A stretch of 53,600 nt of DNA from Gemmatimonadota bacterium (GTDB lineage Bacteria > Gemmatimonadota > Gemmatimonadetes > Gemmatimonadales > GWC2-71-9), in assembly GCA_039586365.1 (NCBI GenBank), contig JBDHKN010000019.1, positions 1-53,600 of the forward strand, read 5' to 3'. The notes beneath the pieces were generated by a model, which was not told the DNA's origin, searched no databases, and saw only the letters and a program-made list of their open reading frames with translations. Positions 19,257 through 28,598 of the stretch are shown piece after piece. The position numbers and the translations under genes are program-made. Each line of letters starts with the position of its first letter. The stretch's first letter is position 1.

Positions 19257-22200
19257 CTATTTGCACGGCAGGAACCGCACTGTCGTCTCCATCTCCTCCA
19301 AGACGCGTGCGAGCGCTTGCTTGGTCTGGTCGATTTCCTCGGCTGTGGTGTAGCGGGACAACGAGAACCGCACGGCGCAGTGCGCGGCTTCCGGGCTTCG
19401 CCCCATCGCAATCAATACATGCGTAGGCTCAGGTGAACCCGACTTGCAGGCAGAGCCAGAGGAGAGCGAGATGCCGTGCTGGTCCAGCGCGACGACCAAA
19501 GACTCTCCCCGCAAACCCGGCAACGTAAGGTTGAGCGTATTCGGCAGCCTCTTGTCGGGATCGCCGTTTAGAACCGCATCAGGCACGAGTGACCGCACGG
19601 CTGACTGCAACTCGTCTCTCAACCGCCTCATCGAGTCCCCGTCCCTCAGGACACTCCGCGCCAACTCGGCTGCCTTGCCGAAACCGACGATCGCAGGGAC
19701 GTTCTCGGTACCCGCCCGTAGCCCGGTCTCCTGCTTGCCACCGTGCACCAACGGCTCTAGTTCCACGCCTTTCTTCCTATACAGCACACCGACGCCCTTT
19801 GGGCCGTGAAACTTATGGCCCGACAGTGTGAGCAAGTCGACATCTAGCTCTGCAACGTCCACTGGGATCTTGCCCGCGGCTTGGACTGCATCACTGTGGA
19901 AGAGGGCTCCTCTCTCGTGAGCGATTGCACACAGCTCCTTGATCGGCTGGATCGTACCCACTTCATTGTTCGCCATCATGAGCGATACCAGGATGGTGTC
20001 TTCCCTGATTGAGGTCGCCAACTCACTTGGGTCGATCAGGCCATGCCCGTCCACATTCACGTAGCTTATCTCAAACCCCAGCCGCTCCAATGCGCGACAG
20101 CTCTGCAGGACGGCTGGGTGTTCGATGGTACTGGTTACGATATGTTTGCCTTGGTTTGCCCGGGCAAAGGCGACTCCCTTGATCGCCAGATTGTCCGACT
20201 CGGATCCTCCCCCAGTGAACACCAGTCTCCTGGGTCGGCAGTTGATTAGTTGCGCGACCTGTCGCCGAGCCTGCTCCATGCCCTCGCGCGCATCACGCCC
20301 GATGCCGTGAATGCTCGACGGATTGCCATGGCGCGACTGCAGATAGGGCTGCATGACCTCGAGAACGGCATCGGCCATGGCGCTGGTCGAGTTGTTGTCC
20401 AGATAGACCCTGTGAGGCGGAGCGTAGTGGCTCTCGCTCCGTATCACGCGCAGTGATCCGTCGATCGCACTCGTGGCACATCCATCGGCCACAGCCACAC
20501 CGCTACCGCCACCCAGTTTCGCCACGTCGCAGAGGAGGGCCTTGTAGACGGGAAAGCCACTTATCTCGTCATAGTTGTTCAAGTCCGTGAGCAGGTTCAC
20601 GTTCCACTGTTGCCACGCCTCGGGCCCTATGGGCGTGCCTCCTCCCATGCTGCACTCCACCACCCCCTGTACAATGTCCTCCGTGACAACCGCGCGGAAC
20701 TTCACCCGCCCGCGCGGAGTGGTCACCTCAACCAGGTCACCGTCTGCAATGCCCCGAGCCTCAGCGTCCACAGCGTTCAGCTCGACCGTAGGCTCAGGAT
20801 GATCCCTGACGAGTCCCGGTATGCCGTGATGTTGCGAGCGAAAATCGGTCTGGGGGCGTGCTCCCGAGTTGAACACCAAGGGAAACCGCTGGGCAACAGC
20901 GGGACTCGCCAGGGGCCCTTCGGTCGGTTCGATGTACTTGGGAAGCGGCTCGTAGCCGTAGTCAGCGAGCACGCTGGAGAGTATCTCGAACTTGCCCGTT
21001 GGAGTGTCGAAACCCGGGTTACCGTCCGCCCTCAGGCTCCCCTTCTCCCACTTGCGGTATTCCATCATGGCGCTGGGCAGCTTTATCCACCCACCCTCCG
21101 CTCGGACTTCTTCCAGGGTATGACCCGACCCCCGGAGCGCGAAACGAATCATCTCGTCTTCTGTCTGCGGGTATTGATCCCCATACCCCAGGCGACGAGC
21201 CAACTCAGCCATGATGAGGTAATCGTTGCGCGCCTCGCCCACCGGCTCGATCAGCGCTTCCCTCAGGCGGAAGATGGGTCCGTACACCATGTAGGAGTTG
21301 ATCTCGAACATCGTGGTTGCCGGCAACACTAGATCGGCATAGGCAGCGTCCGCAGTCAGCTGGCGATCGATGCACACGAGGAAATCGAGCTTGCTGAGCG
21401 TCTCACGCCACACTGCGGTTTGGGGCCACGATGTCAGGATCGACGCACCGTGGACGATTAGGCCCCTGATCCGGTACGGCTCACCCTGCAGTACCGAGTT
21501 CACCAGTCCACTAGCGTGCGATTCTCCTCTGTAATCGCTGTAGACTGGGAACCGCTCCCGCGCTACGGCTCTATCAACTGCGGGATTTGGCACGTTGCAG
21601 GACCGGTTGATCGGGAAATGGCTATCCCTCATGGCCAGCCCTATGCCTCCGGGAACGTCGAGTTGCCCCCCAAGGGCAAACAGCGTCAGAACCGCCCGAA
21701 TGGCCTGTATCCCGCTGTTCGAGTACTCGAGTCCGGTGTACATGACAGGGCACGCCCCAGTGGCAGTGCAGATCTGGCGCGCAAGCCCCCTCACCGTGTC
21801 CGCGGCAACACCCGTGATGTTCTCAACGGCGTCGGGATTGAAGTGCTGCACATAGGCGCTCAACTCCGCAAAACCATGGCACCAGTTGTCAGCGAAGCTC
21901 TCTTCGTATAGCTCCTCCTCGATCATCACGGCAATCATGCCCAGTGCCAATGCTGCGTCGGTTCCAGGACGAATGGGCACCCACTCCCCACCTGTGCGTC
22001 GCACGGTCTCTGTGCGACGCGGGTCGATGACCACGATCTGGGCACCCCGTTTGGCTGCCGCCTCCAAACGGTACATGTCGAGCGGTGGTGAATCAGTTGC
22101 CGGGTTGGCGCCCCAAACGACGATTGACTCGGCATTCTCCAAGTCAAAGAACATGTTGACAAGCATGCGGCCCATCGTCACGTGCGGCGCGATCATCGCG

Positions 22201-22655
22201 AAGGATACGTAACAGAGCGCACCGACTCCCATGGTGTTGGGCGAGCCAAAGGGAAACAGCACGTTGGATGCCGAGGATACGGCGATGCCGGCAGGCTGGA
22301 ACATGTCGCAGAGGGAAAGCTCGAACGCGCCACGACCTGTATAAATCGCCACGGCCTCCGGACCTGACTCCTGCTTGATCGCCTGCAAGTTCTCGACGAT
22401 CTGCTCGTAGGCCTCATCCCAGCTGACCTGTTTGAACTCGTTGCTGCCCTTGGGCCCTACGCGAAGCAGGGGGTGCCTGAGTCTGTTCTCTGAGTAGATG
22501 ATCTCCGGCGCATGCTGCCCACGGCGGCAAATCATCCCTAAAGGATGCCCCCTGTCAGCTTCAATTCTGACTAGCCTACCATCATCCAGACCGACCTCAA
22601 CCCAACAACCAGCAGGGCAGATTCCGCAGATTCCTTTGCGCTTCTCCACTCTCAC
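19257..22655 (-). CDS. Molybdopterin (bis-MGD) oxidoreductase fused to IscS/NifS cysteine desulfurase
   Basis: N-terminal CGICPAGC...C 4Fe-4S motif, WGANP, IDPRRT, ADLVLPAT, MGD-binding C-domain; then YLDNNST, GNPSSIH, DAVQAAGK, SGHK (PLP Lys), RAGTEN, SSGSAC (catalytic Cys). Start may be GTG 22649 (GAGG SD). Confidence 0.92.
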   Translation of the reverse strand: MRVEKRKGICGICPAGCWVEVGLDDGRLVRIEADRGHPLGMICRRGQHAPEIIYSENRLRHPLLRVGPKGSNEFKQVSWDEAYEQIVENLQAIKQESGPEAVAIYTGRGAFELSLCDMFQPAGIAVSSASNVLFPFGSPNTMGVGALCYVSFAMIAPHVTMGRMLVNMFFDLENAESIVVWGANPATDSPPLDMYRLEAAAKRGAQIVVIDPRRTETVRRTGGEWVPIRPGTDAALALGMIAVMIEEELYEESFADNWCHGFAELSAYVQHFNPDAVENITGVAADTVRGLARQICTATGACPVMYTGLEYSNSGIQAIRAVLTLFALGGQLDVPGGIGLAMRDSHFPINRSCNVPNPAVDRAVARERFPVYSDYRGESHASGLVNSVLQGEPYRIRGLIVHGASILTSWPQTAVWRETLSKLDFLVCIDRQLTADAAYADLVLPATTMFEINSYMVYGPIFRLREALIEPVGEARNDYLIMAELARRLGYGDQYPQTEDEMIRFALRGSGHTLEEVRAEGGWIKLPSAMMEYRKWEKGSLRADGNPGFDTPTGKFEILSSVLADYGYEPLPKYIEPTEGPLASPAVAQRFPLVFNSGARPQTDFRSQHHGIPGLVRDHPEPTVELNAVDAEARGIADGDLVEVTTPRGRVKFRAVVTEDIVQGVVECSMGGGTPIGPEAWQQWNVNLLTDLNNYDEISGFPVYKALLCDVAKLGGGSGVAVADGCATSAIDGSLRVIRSESHYAPPHRVYLDNNSTSAMADAVLEVMQPYLQSRHGNPSSIHGIGRDAREGMEQARRQVAQLINCRPRRLVFTGGGSESDNLAIKGVAFARANQGKHIVTSTIEHPAVLQSCRALERLGFEISYVNVDGHGLIDPSELATSIREDTILVSLMMANNEVGTIQPIKELCAIAHERGALFHSDAVQAAGKIPVDVAELDVDLLTLSGHKFHGPKGVGVLYRKKGVELEPLVHGGKQETGLRAGTENVPAIVGFGKAAELARSVLRDGDSMRRLRDELQSAVRSLVPDAVLNGDPDKRLPNTLNLTLPGLRGESLVVALDQHGISLSSGSACKSGSPEPTHVLIAMGRSPEAAHCAVRFSLSRYTTAEEIDQTKQALARVLEEMETTVRFLPCK

Positions 22656-22690
22656 CTCACGGACGCAGGCTCAAAGACCCAACCACCTGC

Positions 22691-22725
22691 AAAACAAAAC
22701 GTAGCCAGCAAGCGGCGGGCTACGT
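22691..22725 (-). terminator. Intrinsic terminator after the radical SAM gene
   Basis: Minus strand ACGTAGCC-CGCCGCTTGCT-GGCTACGT hairpin followed by TTTGTTTT. Confidence 0.65.
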
Positions 22726-22748
22726 GAAAGGGCGCCGAATCCGATGTG

Positions 22749-24071
22749 CTAGCGAGCCTCAGCCTCCGAACTCTGGGATAGGTTCTGCTTCGGCACGGTG
22801 CGGACGAACCCTCCGAAGTTCATACATTCCTCCAAGCGACACGACCAGGCGAGCTTGCCATCCCACACCGTCATGTCAGGACAGCCGTCACACATACTCT
22901 GGCGCCCGTCCTGCAAGATGTCGATCGGCTGAATGACCATGATCGACTGCCCGTGAATCCTCCGGAAGTGAGCACGCGGATCCATTGCCGCCCGGGTAAA
23001 CGCCTGCCTCAGTCCGCGGTCGAACGGCCACAACCACATGAGTGACTTGCCGCGTCGCAGTACGGAGGGAGAGGTGTACGCCATGTAGCGGCCAGTGGTG
23101 AGGTGATGCCAGGTCTGCGCCAGCTCCATCAGCTTGGGACCGACATACCCGTATATTCTAGCAGATGTTCCCAAACGGAACGACAAGAGCCACTTGAAAG
23201 CATCGGGCCTCTCGGTCCCGTTCAGGTAGGCACAGGGAGCGAAATCTGGCAAGCGCTCTCGGATCTTGGCGACCACTTCATGTGCCGTTATGTCAGCCCT
23301 CTGGGGAACGTCAGTGTAGCTGTACACCAACGGGCTCATGTCTACCTTGCGGTCACCCAGAAGGTAGTCGAACTCGGCATCAAGCGTCGCCGCTCGATAG
23401 CAGATGAACACCATCACGTGCACGATGTCGATGTGCTTCTGCGCCCATTCCACCATATCGGGGACTGCATCAAGCGTATCGCCGAACACGGTCGAGTTGA
23501 AGGCACAGGAGAGCCCTCCGACGTTCGCCACCATCTGGGCGTACTGCAACCTCAACTCGTTGTGCTCCTGCTCAGTCTTTCCCTTCCATTTGGGCCGGCC
23601 CTGCTTGCTGTCGATGTGGAAGGTGAGACCATACAAACCGACGGACTTCAGCTCCTGCAACAAACGCTCGTCGAGGGCGTGACCGTTGGTGTTGAGAATT
23701 GGCTTCCAGCCCCGCTGTGCGATCATTCGAACGATGTCGGCAATTTGAGGGTGGGTTAGCGGATCGCCTCCGGCAATCGAGACCCCATCAGCGCTGCGAT
23801 ACCGCTCGAAGACGTCCAAATCAGCCGCAACATCCTCCAGGGACTTGTGTTCATTCACGTTCGCGCGGTAACAGCCCTGACATGCAAGATTACACTTCCT
23901 CGTGGCTTCGAGCCACGCGATCGCGTTATCGGGCAGGCTCCAGGGCAGGCGATAGAACTGACGGTGATCGAGTGCAGTGCTCATCTGCTCATCTGTCCCC
24001 AATAAGGTGGATGCCGGACCAAATGAGACTGATGCTCCGAGGTTCAGTACCTCTGACAAATAGTCACTCAT
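22749..24071 (-). CDS. Radical SAM protein, uncharacterised family
   Basis: CNLACQGC (CxxxCxxC), GGDPLTHP, NTNG; C-terminal CDGC...SCRLEEC. True start may be downstream (MSTALD). Confidence 0.9.
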   Translation of the reverse strand: MSDYLSEVLNLGASVSFGPASTLLGTDEQMSTALDHRQFYRLPWSLPDNAIAWLEATRKCNLACQGCYRANVNEHKSLEDVAADLDVFERYRSADGVSIAGGDPLTHPQIADIVRMIAQRGWKPILNTNGHALDERLLQELKSVGLYGLTFHIDSKQGRPKWKGKTEQEHNELRLQYAQMVANVGGLSCAFNSTVFGDTLDAVPDMVEWAQKHIDIVHVMVFICYRAATLDAEFDYLLGDRKVDMSPLVYSYTDVPQRADITAHEVVAKIRERLPDFAPCAYLNGTERPDAFKWLLSFRLGTSARIYGYVGPKLMELAQTWHHLTTGRYMAYTSPSVLRRGKSLMWLWPFDRGLRQAFTRAAMDPRAHFRRIHGQSIMVIQPIDILQDGRQSMCDGCPDMTVWDGKLAWSCRLEECMNFGGFVRTVPKQNLSQSSEAEAR

Positions 24072-24200
24072 CCGATTGATGGCAAGTGAAGCGACGGGGT
24101 GCCGGTTCAGCTAGTTGAATAGTGTCGCTGTCCGGAACTGGCCCGCCGACCAGATCAACTCAGAAAGTGATTGTGCCAGCCCATTCTCCGGTGTATCACT

Positions 24201-25487
24201 CTACCTCAGGTCCAACTGTAGGATTCCCTGCAGCAGCACATTGGCCCCGTTCTCCACATCCTTGGGCCGCGTATACTCTTTCGGGGAGTGGCTGATCCCA
24301 GCGACTGACGGAACGAATATCATCCCCACGGGGCAGATCGAGACCAGCTGCTGGGCGTCGTGCCCCGCCCCACTGGGCATTTCCTTGCTGGATAGACCGA
24401 GGTCGTGCGCGACGTCCATCAACAGCTGGCGGACTGAGCTGTCAGTAGGCGTGCCCGCCAGCGATTGGCGCAGCTCATGCTGCACTTCGGTGTCGTACTT
24501 ACGCGCAATCTGCTGCATTTCTTTGCTGATCTCTTGCCACATCAACCTCAGCTTGGCCATCTCGAGATCGCGGAGCTCAACGGTGAGATCGACCCTACCC
24601 GGCACGACGTTGGGCGCTCCTGGGGTCACCAACAACCTCCCGACGGTAGCTACCTGCTCTCCGGGAATCGACCGTACAATCCTGTCTACCGCCAAAACGA
24701 GATCCGCTGCCGCCAGGAGAGCATTCTGCCGCTGGTCCATAGGAGTCGTACCTGCGTGGTTGGACACGCCACGGATGGTCACATCGTGGTGGTTGATGCC
24801 AACGAATCCTTGGACGATGCCTACGTCCAATTTCTCGGAATCCAGCACGCCACCCTGCTCGACATGTAGCTCCAGGTAGCCACTGACTTGCCCCTGTTCC
24901 GCCGCGGCATCTGCGATCCGCAGTGGATCGCCTCCGACGCGCCTTATCTTCTCCGCCAGGCGCACGCCATCGTGCCCGGGACGCTCCAAATCCTCGGATC
25001 CCAACTCACCCACGAAGCTGCGACTCCCTGTCAAGCCGTTCTCCTCATCACACCAGATGGCCACCTCGAGCGGATGGCGATTGCGGTACCCTGCAACATT
25101 GAGGCTGTGCGCCACCTCGATGGCTGCCAGAGATCCCAACGCTCCGTCGTAAGCACCGCCGTTCGGTACAGTGTCTATGTGAGAACCGAACAGAATGCAC
25201 CCAGCCCCGGCTACCGATCCCTCCCGCCGCCCAAAGATGTTCCCGGCCGGATCCACCCTCACGTTCAACCCAGCATGCCGCATGATGTTCATCACGTACC
25301 TGCGACCCTCCACATCTGTCTCACCGAACGCAACTCGGCTCACACCTTTGTCCGGTGTCGCACCATACTCAGCCAGTTCGGCGATCCGCCGATTCAGCCG
25401 ATTCCCGTTTATTCGCATACCCTTGTCGGACATCTCGCAATCACAGTCGTCTGTTGGCAGTAGCGATGAGCTGACTTCGTGGTTCAT
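24201..25487 (-). CDS. M20 Zn-dependent hydrolase (N-carbamoyl-L-amino-acid/allantoate amidohydrolase family)
   Basis: GSHIDTVPNGGAYDG, DEE, ELHVEQG, NHAGTTPM, SGAGHDAQ, GISHSPKE. Start may be 25433. Confidence 0.92.
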   Translation of the reverse strand: MNHEVSSSLLPTDDCDCEMSDKGMRINGNRLNRRIAELAEYGATPDKGVSRVAFGETDVEGRRYVMNIMRHAGLNVRVDPAGNIFGRREGSVAGAGCILFGSHIDTVPNGGAYDGALGSLAAIEVAHSLNVAGYRNRHPLEVAIWCDEENGLTGSRSFVGELGSEDLERPGHDGVRLAEKIRRVGGDPLRIADAAAEQGQVSGYLELHVEQGGVLDSEKLDVGIVQGFVGINHHDVTIRGVSNHAGTTPMDQRQNALLAAADLVLAVDRIVRSIPGEQVATVGRLLVTPGAPNVVPGRVDLTVELRDLEMAKLRLMWQEISKEMQQIARKYDTEVQHELRQSLAGTPTDSSVRQLLMDVAHDLGLSSKEMPSGAGHDAQQLVSICPVGMIFVPSVAGISHSPKEYTRPKDVENGANVLLQGILQLDLR

Positions 25488-25566
25488 CTAGCAATTCGTA
25501 CAATGATAACATAGCATTCTGAACCCTGGATCGACCGACGCCCCAATCCTCTCACCCCAGAACACC

Positions 25567-25764
25567 ATGAAGCGCATCGCCACCTGGTCTGGATTCGGCT
25601 ACTTCGTTGCAATGACAGCGGCGCTGACGTTTCCTGGCCTTCAACCCTTCAACACGATCCGACCTCTCATTCTGGGTGTTCCGTTCGTGTTCGCGTGGTA
25701 TCTCTTCTGGATTCTAGGATCCTTGGTGGTCTTCTTCTGGCTCCATCGAGTGTACGGCAAATGA
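25567..25764 (+). CDS. DUF3311-like small membrane protein (SSS transporter partner)
   Basis: PFNTIRPLILGVPFVFAWY motif; overlaps the symporter start (ATGA). Confidence 0.8.
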   Translation: MKRIATWSGFGYFVAMTAALTFPGLQPFNTIRPLILGVPFVFAWYLFWILGSLVVFFWLHRVYGK

Positions 25765-27248
25765 CGAGCTGGCACGTGGTGGTGGCGGTGGTCGCCGGCT
25801 ATCTACTGGTGAACCTGATGGTCGGCCTGCGGGCTGGGATACGGTCGACCGATACGGTGGCAGGATACGTGGCGGGAGACCGGGACTTCGGTACTCTGGT
25901 CATGTACTTCGTCGCCGGAGCCACCATGTTTTCGGCCTTTGCCTTTCTTGGTGGCCCCGGTTGGGCTTTCAGTCGCGGGGGAGCCGCCTTCTATATTCTG
26001 GCATACGGTGTGTTGGGCGTGGCGCCCTATTTCGCTATCGGGCCCTGGGCGGCCCGACTGGGGAGACGACACGGCTACGTGACGCAGGCTTCCATGCTAG
26101 CCCACCGGTTCCAGAATCACTGGGTCGCCGTCATCGCTGGAACTATCAGCGTGATAGCCAGCGTACCCTACGTCGCGCTCCAGATGCGGGGCGCTGGTAT
26201 CGTGTTCGAACAGGTCACTGAAGGGCACGTTCCCCTGCCGCTGGGTGCCGCAATAGCCTACGGTGTGGTGCTGATTTACGTGTGGCGCAGCGGTGTGTTG
26301 GGAGTCGGCTGGACCAACGTGTTCCAGGGTGTCTTCATGGTCACGCTGGCTTGGACACTTGGTCTGTACCTCCCCCACAAATTGTACGGCGGCATCGGTC
26401 CGATGTTCGAACAGCTCGAGGCGCTGCGACCAGAAATGCTCACCGCACCGGGCCTCGATGCTAATGGCGATCCTTGGACACCCGGAGCGTACAGCTCGGC
26501 TGTGTTGGTGTCCGCTATCGGAGTCTGGATGTGGCCTCACCTCTTCATGAAGGCGTTTGCCGCCAAGGACGACGCTACTATCCGACGGACCGTAGTGTTG
26601 TACCCGACATTCCAGCTCTTCCTGTTTCCGCTTTTCCTCGTGGGCTTCGCCGGAATCCTGTATGGATCGGTACCTGACAATGCTGATGCCATAATGCCAC
26701 ACATTGTGCTCACGTCCGGGCTGCCCGCCGTTGTCATCGGGCTGTTCTGTGCCGGCGCGCTCGCCGCTTCGATGTCCACCGGCGATGCATTGGTGCACGG
26801 GGCCGCCTCTATCAGCTTGGAGGACGTGTATTCAGGAATTCGCGACAGTCAACTCAGCCAGCACGACCGCAGAACCGTGATTCGCTGGCTCGCAGTCGCA
26901 GTCGGTGTTCTGGGATACGCTATTGCACTCACCAGCGGCCGATCGTTAGTGGGACTACTGCTACTGGCATATGGAGCTGTGGTTCAGCTGGCGCCGCCAG
27001 TGTACGCAGCGTTTCTGTGGCGTCGCACTACAGCGTCCGGCGTCGTAGCCGGACTTCTCGTGGGAGTTGCCGTAACGGGACTGCTCATTGTGTTCCCCGA
27101 GTGGCGGCCGTATGACCTACATGAGGGATTGATCGGGCTGGTTGCGAATCTAGCGACACTCGTCGCGATATCGCTCGCTACTCGGCCACCGGACACGACT
27201 CATATCTCCGAGTGGATGCGGACGAGCCGAACTCCTCAAGTCGGCTAG
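25761..27248 (+). CDS. Sodium:solute symporter family protein
   Basis: YVAGDR, FSAFAFLGGPG, ALAASMSTGD; about 13 TM helices. Confidence 0.92.
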   Translation: MTSWHVVVAVVAGYLLVNLMVGLRAGIRSTDTVAGYVAGDRDFGTLVMYFVAGATMFSAFAFLGGPGWAFSRGGAAFYILAYGVLGVAPYFAIGPWAARLGRRHGYVTQASMLAHRFQNHWVAVIAGTISVIASVPYVALQMRGAGIVFEQVTEGHVPLPLGAAIAYGVVLIYVWRSGVLGVGWTNVFQGVFMVTLAWTLGLYLPHKLYGGIGPMFEQLEALRPEMLTAPGLDANGDPWTPGAYSSAVLVSAIGVWMWPHLFMKAFAAKDDATIRRTVVLYPTFQLFLFPLFLVGFAGILYGSVPDNADAIMPHIVLTSGLPAVVIGLFCAGALAASMSTGDALVHGAASISLEDVYSGIRDSQLSQHDRRTVIRWLAVAVGVLGYAIALTSGRSLVGLLLLAYGAVVQLAPPVYAAFLWRRTTASGVVAGLLVGVAVTGLLIVFPEWRPYDLHEGLIGLVANLATLVAISLATRPPDTTHISEWMRTSRTPQVG

Positions 27249-27271
27249 CGACGTGGTTCGGCTGAGCTGAT

Positions 27272-28003
27272 ATGACCAACACAATCTTGCTTGCCCTGGC
27301 CACACAAGCGGAGCTGGCATCATCGCTCCAGAGCCACCCAATACTCGCAGTGGGAACTTTGTTTGGGGCCGGTGTCGTTACCAGTCTGACGCCTTGTATC
27401 TACCCGATGATCCCGATAACGGCGGGGATCCTCGCGGGAAGCGCGCGCAGTGAGCAGTCACGGCTGCGGACCTTGGGTCTGACGCTGACCTACGTGCTTG
27501 GCCTGGCGCTGCTATACGCCGTCCTGGGACTGATCGCAGGACTGACGGGTTCGTTGTTTGGCACAATCGCTTCGAGCCCGTGGGCTCGGTTGGCCATCGG
27601 TAACCTGCTGTTGCTGCTGGCGCTGGCGATGCTAGATGTGATTCCGCTGTCAGCTCCGCACCGTGTAGTCGCCTGGGTAAGCGGTCTCGGCAGCGGATCA
27701 TACCCAGCTGTGTTTCTCCTGGGGGCGACCTCAGGTGTTGTGGCGGCTCCATGTGGTGCGCCCGCGTTCGCCGTGGTGCTGACATGGGTAGCTACGACGC
27801 AGAACGCCGTGCTCGGATTCGTGTATTTATTCGTGTTCTCACTGGGGATGACGATGCTGCTCGTGGCAGTGGGGCTGTTTTCCGGAACCCTCGTGGCGCT
27901 ACCCAAGTCAGGGCTGTGGATGCTGTGGGTCAAGAAGGTTGCCGGGATCATAATGTTGGCAATGGCCGAATACTACTTCATTCAGGCAGGACAGGTGCTA
28001 TGA
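27272..28003 (+). CDS. ccdA: CcdA/DsbD transmembrane electron transporter
   Basis: SLTPCIYPMIP and AAPCGAP redox Cys; about 6 TM helices; W..WVKK. Confidence 0.9.
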   Translation: MTNTILLALATQAELASSLQSHPILAVGTLFGAGVVTSLTPCIYPMIPITAGILAGSARSEQSRLRTLGLTLTYVLGLALLYAVLGLIAGLTGSLFGTIASSPWARLAIGNLLLLLALAMLDVIPLSAPHRVVAWVSGLGSGSYPAVFLLGATSGVVAAPCGAPAFAVVLTWVATTQNAVLGFVYLFVFSLGMTMLLVAVGLFSGTLVALPKSGLWMLWVKKVAGIIMLAMAEYYFIQAGQVL

Positions 28004-28518
28004 CAGCACGTATCGCCAAAACGCTGACAGTGCTCGCGCTCGGATGGCTCATTATCGTGATGACTACTCCTGCCGCGGGCGCTCAGGACGTGGGTCTCCC
28101 GATTGGGTCTCAAGCTCCCGCCGTGGTACTCGAAGACCTCGCTGGCGAACCATTCGATCTGGCGCAGTACATAGGACAGCGTCCGCTGCTAATCGAATTC
28201 TGGGCGTCTTGGTGCAGCGTTTGTGAGGCGCTTGCGCCGCGGCTGCGGCAGGCTCACGAGCGTTTCGGAGCAGAAGTCGACTTCCTGGTTGTGGCGGTGG
28301 CTGTCAATCAGAGCAAGCGACGGGTGCAACGACACTTAGAGGAACATGACACGCCCTATCGGTTCCTGTGGGACGGGCAAGGCCGTGCCACGCGAGCGTA
28401 CAAAGTGCCCACGACAGCGCATGTGGTGGTAGTCGACAGCGAGGGCAAGATCTCGTACACCGGAGTCGGTGCAGATCAAGATCTGGAGAGTGCTCTTGCG
28501 GCCCTGCAGGGTACCTAG
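28000..28518 (+). CDS. TlpA family exported thiol-disulfide reductase
   Basis: ATG 28000 overlaps the ccdA stop; signal peptide; FWASWCSVC; VPT cis-Pro loop. Confidence 0.9.
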   Translation: MTARIAKTLTVLALGWLIIVMTTPAAGAQDVGLPIGSQAPAVVLEDLAGEPFDLAQYIGQRPLLIEFWASWCSVCEALAPRLRQAHERFGAEVDFLVVAVAVNQSKRRVQRHLEEHDTPYRFLWDGQGRATRAYKVPTTAHVVVVDSEGKISYTGVGADQDLESALAALQGT

Positions 28519-28545
28519 GTCCGGCTGCGGTTCGGGACCACTAGC

Positions 28546-28572
28546 AAGGGCCCGGTGCCAGCCGGGCCCTTT
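28546..28572. terminator. Probable bidirectional terminator between convergent tlpA and peroxiredoxin genes
   Basis: AAGGGCCCGG-tgccag-CCGGGCCCTT perfect 10-bp stem. Confidence 0.65.
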
Positions 28573-28598
28573 GACGTGAACCACCGCTAATCTCTGAT

